Positions 13,797 through 26,002 of a stretch of DNA of 64,000 nt are shown here, piece by piece; within the stretch, counting starts at the first letter, position 1; the number at the start of each line of letters is the position of its first letter. Under the pieces are notes generated by a model. It did not search any database, was not told the DNA's origin, and worked only from the letters and a program-made list of their open reading frames with translations. Source of the stretch: Marsupella aquatica (lineage: Eukaryota; Plantae; Marchantiophyta); assembly GCA_973895155.1 (NCBI GenBank), contig OZ316891.1, forward strand, positions 1,169,324 to 1,233,323. Direction: 5' to 3'. The translations under genes were made by a program, and so were the position numbers.

Positions 13797-14718
13797 AGCG
13801 GAATTGTTTAGTTTCACGGAACCTTATCAAATTGTTGGCCAGCATTGTGCTGCTGCCATGGAAACATCTTGGGGTAACCTGGTTAGACTGGGGTACTGGC
13901 TGGGTAGGAGTAGGTATCTGGTTTGAGGCAACATGCTCGAAAGTTTGGTCGACAAGTACTGTCAAACCAATTGCAACATGGTTGGATGCAATAGTTGTTA
14001 TTCACCCATATGTTCGAATCTGAGGTCATCTCTATAGTTTCAGTATATCTACCGACTGAGATATACCCTCAGGTATGTATGGAAATGATTGCAAGATGGT
14101 GTCTCGTCATGGAAGCGCCGTTTAGTACCTAGTCTTGGCGCTTCTCTCCTGCAACAGTTACTGTTAAAAGAGATTTGTAGGACAGTTGGGGAAAACTGTC
14201 TGTCTGAGATATTATGGCCAAGGTTTCCTCTCAGTTCTATGTTTGATGTTCTTCCAGTTATTCTTCTCAGTTCTGCATGGAGAACCGACCCAGACGGTAG
14301 GTTGGTCACGAAGTACTTTCTGTCAGAGGGTGTTGTAATTCTTCATAGATTCCCTGCAAAATGATCAGGCTAATTAGTTAGCCCAGATTAGCCTGCCTAG
14401 TGCCCACTGTCCAGATCCCGGATGGAAGTTGAGGTAAACTATTACACCTGAAGCTATGGGTTAGGCTTATGAGGACAACTTAGAATGACTCCCTTTTCCT
14501 CCTATGGCCTGAGCCTAGATACTATCAGTAAAGCTATGAAGAACTCACTTCCAAGGATTTTCAAGGTTCCCACTGTAAGAAATCCGTAAACTAAATGTCC
14601 AGAAAAGAAAGCTTGCATATGATAGAAAGTGATGCTGCCATGGACCAAAGAACCATACAACCCCCATTGGCGGTGACACCTTCTGCACCTTCTGACGACA
14701 TCCCTTGGTTCCTAAAGA

Positions 14719-15459
14719 GTTTCAACAGCAAAGTTTGACCTGACCCCTCAATATCTCACTTTCTTCTTGGGCTAGTTAGAAGCAGCCTGCAAAGATCTTT
14801 CCATGGAACATAATATAGATAAGTTTCATTGAGAAGTGCGAGACCTACAAGTTTGCAAAGATGACTTTGGTTTTCTTGCCACAAGTCACTCATCTATATA
14901 TTCACTATATGAGCAGAATGAGAGTTTGGCTCTGGTCCATCCTGCTCAAAGTATCTATATGACTCTTCTGGCAAAAGTGAAAGTCCATCCAGGCTTCAAT
15001 TTCCATATAATACACATGTGTCATATGTTGTTGAAAATGTGAGGGTGTTGTGTATGGTTGCCCCCATCTTAGAAAAACATGACTTGCCGGGTTTCAACAG
15101 CAAAGTTTGACCTGACCCTCAATATCTCACTTTCTTCTTGGGCTAGTTAGAAGCAGCCTGCAAAGATTTTTCCATGGAACATAATATAGATAAGTTTCAT
15201 TGAGAAGTGCAAGACCTACAAGTTTGCAAAGATGACTTTGGTTTTCTTGCCACAAGTCACTCATCTATATATTCACTATATGAGCAGAAAGAGAGTTTGG
15301 CTCTGGTCCATCCAACTCAAAAATATCTATATGACTCTTTTGGTAAAAGTGAAAGTCCATCCAGGCTTCAATTTCCATATAATACACATGTGTCATATGT
15401 TGTGAAAATGTGAGGGTGTTTTGTATAGTTGCCCCCATCTTAGACAAACATGATTTGCC
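14719..15459. repeat. Tandem duplication, 372-bp period, 2 copies
   Basis: GTTTCAACAGCAAAGTTTGACC starts at 14719 and at 15091; copies are near-identical with a few SNPs and indels. Confidence 0.95.
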
Positions 15460-16287
15460 TGCGTATTGTGGTTGCACGTAAACTACTCGAGGAACAAAGA
15501 AAAGCATATGACATCTGTCCTCCTGCCATGACTAGTTAAACGCTTGTTTATTTTGGTTGCCCATATAGATTCGAGGAACAGGGTGGCTTATTGCACAAGA
15601 GGAGGCACAATGTACTGAAAAAGTGCATAAACCCTAAACACAATACTTTAATGTTTACCAGAAATTTGTGTTTGAATTTTAACATTTTTCATTTTTCAAG
15701 GGGAAATCTGTGAAACCCCACAAAAAGGGAACACTCAGTCATAACATTTGTACCCAAGATCTATGATTCACTAGTCAGGTGAATTACCCCATAGCCATGC
15801 CTCTCTGGGCAATTTGTTGTTTGAAGTTTAAGAGCACTTGATCTATTTTCACTATGAAACTGACAAGAAAACCCAGGAGGGAATACTATGATAACAGAAT
15901 GCCCCCGGAGCATTCTCATTCTATTTAGATCAAAATAAATTTTGGACAGGAACCAATTAAAATCTTACTTATAAAGTGCACACGGAAGCTTCGATGGGCA
16001 AGGAATACAATTTCTGGTCTTCCAACCACAATTTGGCAAACCTGATGGTCTACATGAAAGGCGCTTTACCGATGAACAGCAATTTCATCACATATTGATG
16101 GGCAGTCTCACCATATTGTTGCACCCCAACTTTGATTAGACAATCCTTGAAGCTTACGGTAGATGCTCGGACGGACTCTTCACAATACGAGTGCTGGAAG
16201 ACGCTCGTCAATTGCACAACTTTGAACCCTCTGAAACCGAAGGCAGACGGAGCTTTGGCTGCGCATGGAGTCTACGACTTGAAGGTC

Positions 16288-17963
16288 ATGGCAGCTCGAC
16301 GTGTGTTTCGGAGCTTACGGTCCCTTCAGCGCCAAGCGGGAACGCGCCAAGTGGGAACTCCGTTTTTGACTGGTCTGTCTCACTTCCTCTGTCTCATGCT
16401 CTGTCTCTGTGTGTGAGGTATACTGTAAAGATTTCAATTCGAAGTCTCTCGTTCGGGTGCCTTTCTGTTGTCCTGTTTTGCTTCATAGTAGGGTTTCTCT
16501 ACCTCTAAACCCCTAAACCCTAGTAACTTCAATTCAATCAATTCTCTCAACCATCTGACGCCAGTTCTTCTAACAAATTCTAGTCCGCAATGTTTTCAAT
16601 TCCGAATATTGTGTCTGTCTGTGGCCTATGTGTTGACTGTCTCTCCATGAAGATGTCAGTCCAATGCAATTCTTTGGTGTATGTCTGGTGCTTTTGTTGG
16701 TCGACTCTTCAATGGCTCTCACTTCCTATTCTCAGCATGATCTGGATATCGGATATCGAAATAAGTTTTATTTTTAGGCAGTATTCTAAACCAGTCGCGG
16801 GAGGAGAAAGCGAGACCTCAAGAGTTCCCTCAAAAGCTAATGATTCAAATTCACCAAGAACTCTGTTGTAGATATTGCGCTTTTCACTTTGCAATTATCC
16901 TACTATTGGTTTTTCCCATACGTAGGAGCAGTTTATTGCTGAAGACATGACCCTTCTGCCGGAAGAATCCTGGACTACCTTTGCTAGATGTTGATAGCGC
17001 TTTGGTGTAGAGTAGAAACTCTCATGTCTTTGCTTCCCTTCGCCCGGTGCATGGGTGTCATAACTGGAGAAGCAGGCACAGCAGACTTATTTCAGCCTCT
17101 GTAAGGTTGAGAAATTCTTCTTCAGCATTTTTATTTCAATCTTGCAGATTCTGCTTTACTTACAAAGAGCATACGAATTATTCTCTCTATATATAACTAA
17201 CAATATTTATTGGTGTCTCTTGCTTCAGCTTCAATTAATCTGCTTTGTTCCAAAGTGGGAATGAGAAACTTTATTTTCATTCAGGGTTTATGCTGAAAAG
17301 GGTAGGGCTTTTGCCTCAATGTGAACAGCCTGATTTGCTGAACATTTGTGGCTGGCAGGTCTTGAGAATGGTGAATCAACTTGCCAGACCTACCATCCTC
17401 GAAGGATTACGAAGCAATATCTCAGTAATGTAAACTCATGGTGTGAGGGGTCACTCTTCTCAACTGACAGTTCTCTAGGGCAAGCGAGAGTTTACTGTAT
17501 TCCCAGGAGGACTTATGTAACAAGCCACAAGGAAGGGCTTGACGGACAAGCACAAGTGTCCCAATCAAGCTCGAGCACTCCTTCGGAGACGAGCACAGAT
17601 ACTCCTTTTGGGATAGAGGATGAGGCATACATCCTATCCGAGAATCTAGGGGTAGATTCGGCATTCAAGTCTTCCCCTCGTCACGACATGGCTCTGCTCT
17701 TCACCTGTACAGTTTGTGATGTCCGGTCCGCAAAGACAATGAGTAAAGCAACGTATCAAACAGGGGTTGTGATTGTGCGCTGTCCTAGCTGCAAAAACCT
17801 TCATTTAATTGCTGACAGATATGGCTGGTTTGGACAACCTGGAAGTGTAGAGGACTTCTTGGCCCAGAAAGGTATAAATGTGAGAAAAGGATCAGACAGC
17901 AGTTATGAGTTTACTGTAGAAGATATTTCCGGGTGGACTCCTAAGGGCAAGTCTGAGCACTGA
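16288..17963 (+). CDS. DNL-type zinc finger protein (Zim17/Tim15/Hep1 Hsp70 escort), probably mitochondrial
   Basis: Exon 16288-16372 (MAARRVFRSLRSLQRQ, presequence-like) splices in phase to 17359-17963, which has FTCTVC...YQTGVVIVRCPSCKNLHLIADRYGWF. An extra internal exon cannot be excluded. Confidence 0.9.
16507..16522 (+). promoter_or_regulatory. Tandem telo-box-like motif in first intron
   Basis: AAACCCCTAAACCCTA near the 5' end of the zf-DNL gene. Confidence 0.35.
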
Positions 17964-18742
17964 GGTCTCAACTTTACTTTTGAGCCTGGGGTTCTGTCTT
18001 AGTCGTCGCAACGACCATCTCTGCGTATGGAGGACTATGAACATCAACCGTAATTGCTTTGACGAAGAAGAAGGCTGACCAAGCAGAAACGTAACGCCAC
18101 AACGGGCCCTCCATCGCTGCAAGCTCAGGCCCACCCATTGCTGCAAGCTGCTGACAATCACCAGGCTGCGAGCTGGTTCTTTCCATAGCCGCGAGCTGCC
18201 TTTGCTCAAGCTGCTTTCCTTCGCTTACAAGCTGCCTTTGAACAAGCTCCATCCCTTTGCTGCGAGCTCTTCTTGAGATTGAGCAGCTTCCCATAATTGC
18301 TAGCTGATAAAGTGAACCTCTTAACTCACCTGCTTATTTGCTAACTTGCCTGCTACAAGGGAACTTTTGGAAAGTTTAAGGAACCACATGTAAAAGACCA
18401 AATAGGGAATGTGGCCCTGGTTGGCCCCTTTGCATTAAGGGTAACTTTATTTGCTCGACTATGTTAGCTGTAAACATCTTCTTATGAAGAACCAGCGGAA
18501 GGTGCAAAGGATTGTTGCAATTTCCTTGCAGACAGGCAAGGATGTGTAAATTTTATTACTGCAAGCAGGTTGCGACATTTTCGTTCATCATTGCAACTGT
18601 TATCATTGGTAAGGTAACAAGAATTTTATACAAAACGCACGCATATGTGAGAAGGGCAAGAGAACGGGAAAGGACTTTCTGATCTCAACTGCTTTCACCT
18701 ACTCCTTCGGAAGGGTTTTGGTGATGGTACAGTAGTACTACA

Positions 18743-21700
18743 TCAACTAACTCCTTGAGGAGGTTGAACGATTCCCAGAACCTTGAACACTGTAGGCCAC
18801 TTTTCCAAGGCTTTCCTTGCAGCATCTACTCTTGCTAGTTTTTGGTTCATTCCCATGCCCGTTGCCATTCGGTAACCTTTGACATATACCCTTACACGGC
18901 ACACTTGATGGTGAGTATTCTCGTTGTCCACTCCAATTAATCTGCACAGTCCATAAACAACGCATCGTGATTGCAGCAAAAAAATTCCGGTCGAACAATA
19001 TCGCTGAAGGAAAATACAAGACTCTGCAAAGAAGCTGGAAAAATAGATGGGACAATGAAACTAGGAAGGCCCTGAGAAAAAGACTTTATTGCTTCATCGG
19101 TGTCTTGATTTTGGGCTCTGACAAAGCTCTTACTTGTACTCTGGAAGGATCTGCAGTACTGTAGAGCTTTGCACATTAAGAGCATGCACGGGATTCCTAG
19201 CCTGTCAATTAGAAGTCCAAATCAGAGGTGTTAGTGTAACAAGAGCCCTCGAGAAATTTTAAATAAAAAATGACACCGAACATTGTATAATGTCTTTTTC
19301 ACCGTTGGTTCGCACGAGTATGAAAAATAATGTAGATGGCGGAAACATGCACTTACCGGATCAGCTTGTACCAATAGTGGCAAAAGGGCTGTGGTGACAC
19401 AGTCAAATGCTGTTTCAAAACCCTGAGAAGCGAATATCACGGTGTCAGGTTCACCTTGATAAATTGCCTGCAGTAGTAATAATTCTGAAATCCCAACATG
19501 GGCCAAGGAAGGTTGTCGGACAACAAAACAATTTCAGCTTCCTGGCACAATTTAGCGCGTACTCCTTTCATGAGACGTCCATAGCCACTCTTGCTAACTT
19601 AGCATCCATAACCATAGACGTGAATAACTTCTTTGGTTCGAGCGTAGTGTATCTGAAAGAATGCAAGTAAGGACTGTAATCATCCGTACTCAGTGATGGG
19701 TCTAGGAAGATTGCAGGTACCTTTTCAGTATAGAGTGCTCCAATGTATGCTTCACATGAGTCCGCCATCATTCTGGCCTGCACCACCGGAGGTATTTCAT
19801 GAAACATAATACCTTCATTGAGTGAACGAACCCCATAGAAGACAATTCTCGAAAGATTTTGCAATCAGAGAAGGCACGAAGTATCGACTGAGTTTTTCTC
19901 ACAAGAGCTGCTGGTTGTGAAGAAGAATCACCAAACTGTAGAACAAACTCGTGAGGCCCAAGCAAACTTCTCCAAACACGAGACAGATTGTTGTTAGATA
20001 CCTGCAAGTGACAACCCGAGTAAAACATATATAATCGGGAGGGACCTGGACTGGCTATCAGATGCAATTCTTGGGATCCCATGCCAATAACGATAAATAC
20101 CAGAAGCAATCTTCTATTTTTTATATCAAGGATTCCAAGAAGAGATTCTAAAATAACGATCATTAGCAAACTACTGCTAGGAAGAACGACTACCAACATT
20201 ATGTCCAATCGAAAAGCTCGTGAGAAACAAATTTGGGCATGCACAGAATCACGCTTACCAACTGGCATTTCCTTTCAGTGACCGTCCCCTGCAAATAATG
20301 CTCCACATCAATGTGTTTGCTGAAGAATGTCAACAACTAAAAAAAAATCTTCATTGTCGGCCTCGCATTGGCAGCTTCAATCACACAAACGCTTTATATG
20401 ATATTACTAAATTTGTCCTACCGTCTGTTTCGATTCTAATAGTGGCCATCACATTCCCTGGATAAGCTTTCATCTATATACAAATCCTTGGGTATATCTT
20501 TTGTCCCATATCTTTTATTCCTAGAAGCAGCCATCCTTAAAAGAGTGCGTAATTGAGTTACAGAAGAAAGATAGTGACAGTAGATTACAGCTGAAGAGTG
20601 CTGGCGAACTAAGAGGGATGAGACAGCTAGACCTATAACTGCATCTCCCAATATTGCAAGCTGAGACCTGACCTGCACCAACCACCACTGATACCTTGAA
20701 TACAAACACATGGAACCGTTTTTAAGATGGACAAATAGCAAAACTTCAAAGAGGCTAGCATGATCATCGCTACAACAAATGCGTGCCATCGTTACAATTT
20801 TGAAGGTATTGCCCATCGCGAAGAACTCAGCAACTATGCAGACAAAGATATTTCCAGCCAATGGGGTCGATTTCATAATTAAAATCACGAAAGATTATGG
20901 TTCGAGGATTGACAACAGCGTCTAAAATGAAGCTGCTAAGGATAGACTATTGGCTCGGACAATGACTAGTTCCACAAGTAATTCGTCAGGTCTACTAGTA
21001 ATGATCCTTGCCAATGGCCATAAGGAAACAAAATGGCAGTTTGTATCGAAGTTTGTACCCTGACACACAACTTTCCAAAGACCTGGAGCAACCCAGAAAT
21101 CTTCTATGAACAAACTGCAAGCATGTATATTTTCTGGCACTTAATCTGAACATTCAATCATGTCATATAATGCGCAAAGTAACAGAAGTGTAGTTTCTGA
21201 ACCTCTCCGTGCGCATCCCCAAAAGTCATACGTGGGATTGTTCTTAAGGGTAAGCCCTCCACATACTGTTGCTTCACCTCCCCAGAATCAATGTACTGGG
21301 GAGCTTGTGGTTTCCTGTATTCTCTATCCTTGATGCCGCCAGGGACTTTCTGATCATAGTAGCTCTTGTGCACCTATCCAATTTCGCAATGCACACATAG
21401 CTTCATAGAGGAAAATATTAACGAATATAGGAGTACTTGCTGTGTACTGCAGATGGCATTCTCCCAGCAGTAAAATGAAAAAACACGACCGGGTGACAAC
21501 GAAAAGATGGTGCCTTAGGAGTTACCAGCACTCGCAGCAAAAGCTCCCGTGAGTCAATTTGGCTGCCAAAGCTCCTGAACAGAACCTGCTTTGATGAGCG
21601 CGCAATCTTGGTGTCAGGGATGATCAGGGATTACTTTGAAGTGACCCCGATGAAACGGACAGTACTTCCATGGTCAGACCCCGGAGCGAAGCACATAAAG

Positions 21701-22469
21701 ACAAGCAGCAGCCCACGAGGGAAAGAAAACTGGTACTGTACCTCCAGGCGCTCCTCAAAATCGGTAGGAAGAGGCATCACATCTGCAATTGAATCGGGTA
21801 TATGCCACCATTTTCCCTCATGTACTTGAGTATCAACGGCGAAGATAGGCACCAGCTCGTTCTCGACAGACCCTGCGAAGCTAGCCTCAATTGTCGCATC
21901 CAGTACATTTTCCTTAACCACCGATGTGACATGGTCTGTGAACTGAGCATTCTGCTGCTCTGCTGTGTTATCACACGATCCGTTTTGATTCGGACTCTCA
22001 AAATCTTTACCCTCGAGCTGCACAATGTGCTGAGTCAAATTCACAGTGAGATTCGTTGTGAGATATCTCACGCCTTCTGGGCTCGACGAAGAGTTCACTT
22101 TAAGTCGAGAGTCCCTTTTCTCAAAATGTTGAGTCATATAAACATGTGAGGAGACAACATTGTAGAATAGTTTTTTTCTAAACACCACTCTGTCCTTTCC
22201 TGCCATATTTATGAAAGTGAAGGGATGGCAACGGGGCGGCGTGCACGTCAGGTTCCATCCGTCGACACTCACTCTTCCTGCGTGCATGTTTCTTCGACTC
22301 CAACAGCTGCTCACAATTCTCATGTTCCTCCATCTACAGCTGATTGAAGACAGATTTATTTTGGCCATTCCAAATCCAAGCTTCCGAGGAAGCTTAACCT
22401 TCTATGTGCGTCATTTTACAAATGGAGCTAGATGATGTACCCATTCCCGAACGCCGATGAACCTCTCAT
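18743..22469 (-). CDS. Divergent RNase III-domain + dsRBD protein (~491 aa, 11 exons) with a putative organellar transit peptide
   Basis: Exons 22469-22441, 22333-21742, 21606-21526, 21373-21203, 20672-20589, 20288-20259, 20001-19903, 19777-19721, 19422-19357, 19201-19134 and 18941-18743 are all GT-AG and in phase. Motifs: LLLRVLVHKSY, QLAILGDAVI, LVSNNNLSRV, MADSCEAYIGALY, and dsRBD NPVHAL...VRVYVKGYRMATGMGMNQKLARVDAARKAL. Confidence 0.85.
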
Positions 22470-24105
22470 ATCTGCCAATCACAAAATTTGAATAACACAA
22501 GCAATCCACGTCAGGAAAACTGCTCTTTCATTACATAAAACCTAACTGAGAATAAAGTCTCTCATTCCCAACTTGGAACAAAGGAAAAGCCATGAAATCC
22601 GAATGTAACAGACACCGATAAAGATGATTAAGTTTTGGATAAATTGTCATTCACATACTCTCTGCGAACCAATCCTGTTAACTGAAGAAAATCTTCCCCT
22701 ACAAGAAACTCGTTTCGGTACCCAGATCTACAGTAGCTGATAAATAAAAAGGAGACCCACCATTAAGAGTCACATTGGAAAACAGCACGACGCGGGGATG
22801 GCGGAAGTGAGTCAATTGCAATCGGATTCAGGGTTTAGAGTGAGCCAGGCAGCAACAGCGTCACCCACCAAACAACCACAAGCCAGACCAAATTGAACTG
22901 GACTGACATCTGCGCTAAGAGGATTTCAACTAATGTGCCACAGAGAAAAAATTGTGAGGCTAGAAACAATGACCAGATTGGATTAAAATTATTACAAAAA
23001 GGAGTTTGCGAGAGAGGCAAAGAGGTATTCTTATTGTGCCCATGACGATGAGATTAAAATTGTGCCAAATTCAGCTTCGAGACAAATCAGACATCGAATA
23101 GAAAAAGTCTAACAGCCAAAAAGTACAGCAGCCGGATCTCTTCACAACAGCCTCGACAGAAAACGAATCATTCTCCACTGACAAATGCAGTAACGCTAAC
23201 AGAGCAAACAAATCATCACCATCTTCACCGAAGCTGATTGGGACTGCCAAATTATCCCACAGAAAAAAAAAGCCCTCCTCCATCCCAAAAAAGTGAGAAA
23301 AGGCCTCATATTAATGTACTTCACATGTAGTTGTATCTGCTATTAATGTACTTCACATGTGGTTGTATCTGAAAAAGTACTCACTCACCAGTTGTCCTAT
23401 GTACCAATTGTAGAAACAAGTATATCCATTGGACATCCCTTTCCAGACAATCCAAGGACGTCAAAAAACACTGGGCTTGTTCACTCCTTTTTCATTTTTG
23501 TAAACAGATGATGGGAGATTTTGGCTTCATATAGTGGTTGATGTTCCTCATTCCCTAAAGACTTTTGTGAGTTGTGGCTTTGTGTATTTTATTTTCTGCA
23601 ATACACAACCTTGCTTTGAGAGTGAATTATGCAATGCACATCGATCTACTGTAGCCATATGTAACTTAAGCCATCAAGGTTTGGCCTAAGCATACTCCAC
23701 TAGCATTTTAACTCGTTCTTTCTTTACAGTAGTGACTCTTTCTTTCAATAAAACCCAAATGGGAAGCAAGCTAGGGGGCAAAGATTGCCCTAGCCAAAGA
23801 GACACCTGGCACCAAGGGCAGAAGTGATGATCCTATGGCACCTACCATGTACCTACAGCTCCTAGGGCTTCAAGGGTTGGGAACAATGAGACTTTAATTT
23901 CAAGGACTTTACTTTTATTTTGAAAACTCATTCAAGCTTTGATTTTACTTTTTTTTGGTTCTTCCCAAAACTCCTTCAAGTTTTTACGAAAGTTGACTTT
24001 CTGGTTACAGGCATTGTGGGCCACAATGTCCCCTCAACTTGGACTAATGCCCTTGTTTGGGGGACAGCATATCTTACATTGCCCTCTAACCAGGACAGTG
24101 CCCTA

Positions 24106-24235
24106 CTTGTAAGCTTGTCCTTAACCCGTTTAACTGGTTGCCTGGTGTTTATGCTTTATAATTTTGTTACCAAATTAGAATAAAATTGTGGTAATTCTGT
24201 TCATTAATTAAACGGGTTAAGGACAAGCTTACAAG
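24106..24235. mobile_element. 130-bp MITE-like element with perfect 28-bp TIRs
   Basis: CTTGTAAGCTTGTCCTTAACCCGTTTAA ... TTAAACGGGTTAAGGACAAGCTTACAAG; AT-rich interior; TSD not evident. Confidence 0.7.
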
Positions 24236-24357
24236 CTCCTATCATCTGTTTACAAAAAGTGAACAGAATTTGTTAACACCACAAGGAACAGACTCAATTC
24301 ATGAGTTCGGCAAGGCACTATCAAAATGCCTTGAATTTTATTGTGGGTGACCACCGT

Positions 24358-24980
24358 TTAACTCATCCTGGGTCTACCGCCAGATCCTGTCTCATGGTTT
24401 ATATCAACGACTGAGACCCACCCTCAGAAGCATTTTGTAACGGAGCTGCAGTCCGGTTCCCATGCACAGTCGCTGCAGACCGAGCCCAGGGGCTAGTGAA
24501 AATTGCAGCATGGTTAACTCATCCTGGATCTATAGCCCTCCATTCTGCTCTCCAGTTTATTTCAACGACTGAGAACCCACCCTCAGCAAGATTGCCGAGG
24601 CGAGCTGCAGTCTGGTTCAAACCCTACTCTGCACCGACGGGCCATCAATTGTCCTGCGGTTGACAGCAGTTCACTCATCCTGGATCTACAGCCCTCCATC
24701 CTGCCTCCGGACTTACTTCAACGACTAAGATCCCGCACTCTGTATAAAATCGCCAAACCGAGCTGAAGCCCGGTTCAAACCGTCCACTGCACCCAACCAA
24801 CAGTAGCTGCAGCCCGAGTCCACGGGCTAAGAAAGGTGCTGCACTTGACCACAGTTAACTCATCCTAGATCTACAGCCCTCCATCCTGCCTCTCCGTGTT
24901 CATTCTATTGATTTCAACGACTGAGATCCCGCCCGCTGCACTATTGCGAAACCGAGCTGCAGCCCGGTCCGAACCCTACC
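24358..24980. repeat. Tandem array of 4 units (156, 156, 185 bp periods) upstream of the MAPK gene
   Basis: Blocks TTAACTCATCCTGGATCTA, TCAACGACTGAGA and GAGCTGCAG-CCGGTTC recur from 24358, 24514, 24670 and 24855. Confidence 0.85.
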
Positions 24981-26002
24981 CCTAGGGTCGCTGGAGCCCC
25001 CCTAGTCCAATGGAATCGCACCCTCAACAAGTCGACACAGTGGTGCAGCCCCGCCCCCCACTCCCCTCGCCTCCCCTTCCCTTCCCTTCCCTCCCCTCCC
25101 GTCCCGTCCCCCGAGCCCACGGTCTAGGGCCAACGTCGAGGACTCTGAAGAAGCTCGCACACTGAGAAGCTCCAGAAAACTGCCCAAGACCCTGTGAGAT
25201 GCTCGACGAATGCTCCACTTCGGCTCTCAGCTGGGCTGCACGACGAAATCGAAGAAGCTTGCTCGACGTTTCAATGTGATGGAGCTCGGTGCTCCCCCAC
25301 CTTGTGTGCTGCGATCGTGATCGTGAGGACTGAACCAGGCCAAGACGGCAAGTACCTTGAGCAGAGAATTGAGTTTGATGTGCCTATCGTTTTACGTCCT
25401 GGGAGTGTTTTTGCGTTGCTTTCCCTGTGATAAAGTTGAACGATTGATTTGTTTGGATGGTTGCCGACTGCTTGAGCCCGTCTCTGAAGTGGCCGTGTTA
25501 TTTTCTCTTAGGTTTTGTTCGGTGGAAATTGGACATTGAATTCACCCTGCATCGGTAATCCGTCACGATGCACTCTTGAGGCAAGTAATTGAATTTCTTC
25601 TGCTCCCTGTTGTTTTTTTTGCTGCGAGAAGTTATAGTTTAGGGTTAATTCTCTGGCAGGAACCTGCACCGACCTCTTTTTTGCTAGTATAAGCAAGATT
25701 GTTCAGCCACCAATGGTTGCTATGCTCATTTTTCGTCTCTGGTTGCTATAAATGCTCTGTTGTGGTGAATAGTCGCTTAGGGTTTCTTTTGTTCGTGGGT
25801 TCTCCTGGTTGCAGCAGGCGAATTCTTGAACAATTGGGATCCAATTGGAAGTGGCTATGTCAGTTTTTCTTTGTTGCAATTGGAGATAGTATTTCAATTT
25901 GTGAAGAGCGTGCCAAAAGCAGGAGGAAGGTCAGGGGAGGGAAGAAAGTGGGGAGAGAGGAGGCAGGGAGGAAGGGTGGCGGGGGCGAAGCAGAAGCGGT
26001 AT

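Noticed and set aside
18743-22469. Drosha or Dicer orthologue
   Set aside because: After splicing there is only one RNase III domain and no PAZ, platform or helicase; the resemblance is limited to the insertion position and the dsRBD.
24358-24980. CRISPR-like array or tandem hammerhead (retrozyme) repeats
   Set aside because: The segments between conserved blocks are homologous to each other, the context is eukaryotic with no cas genes, and no CTGANGA...GAAA core is conserved across units.
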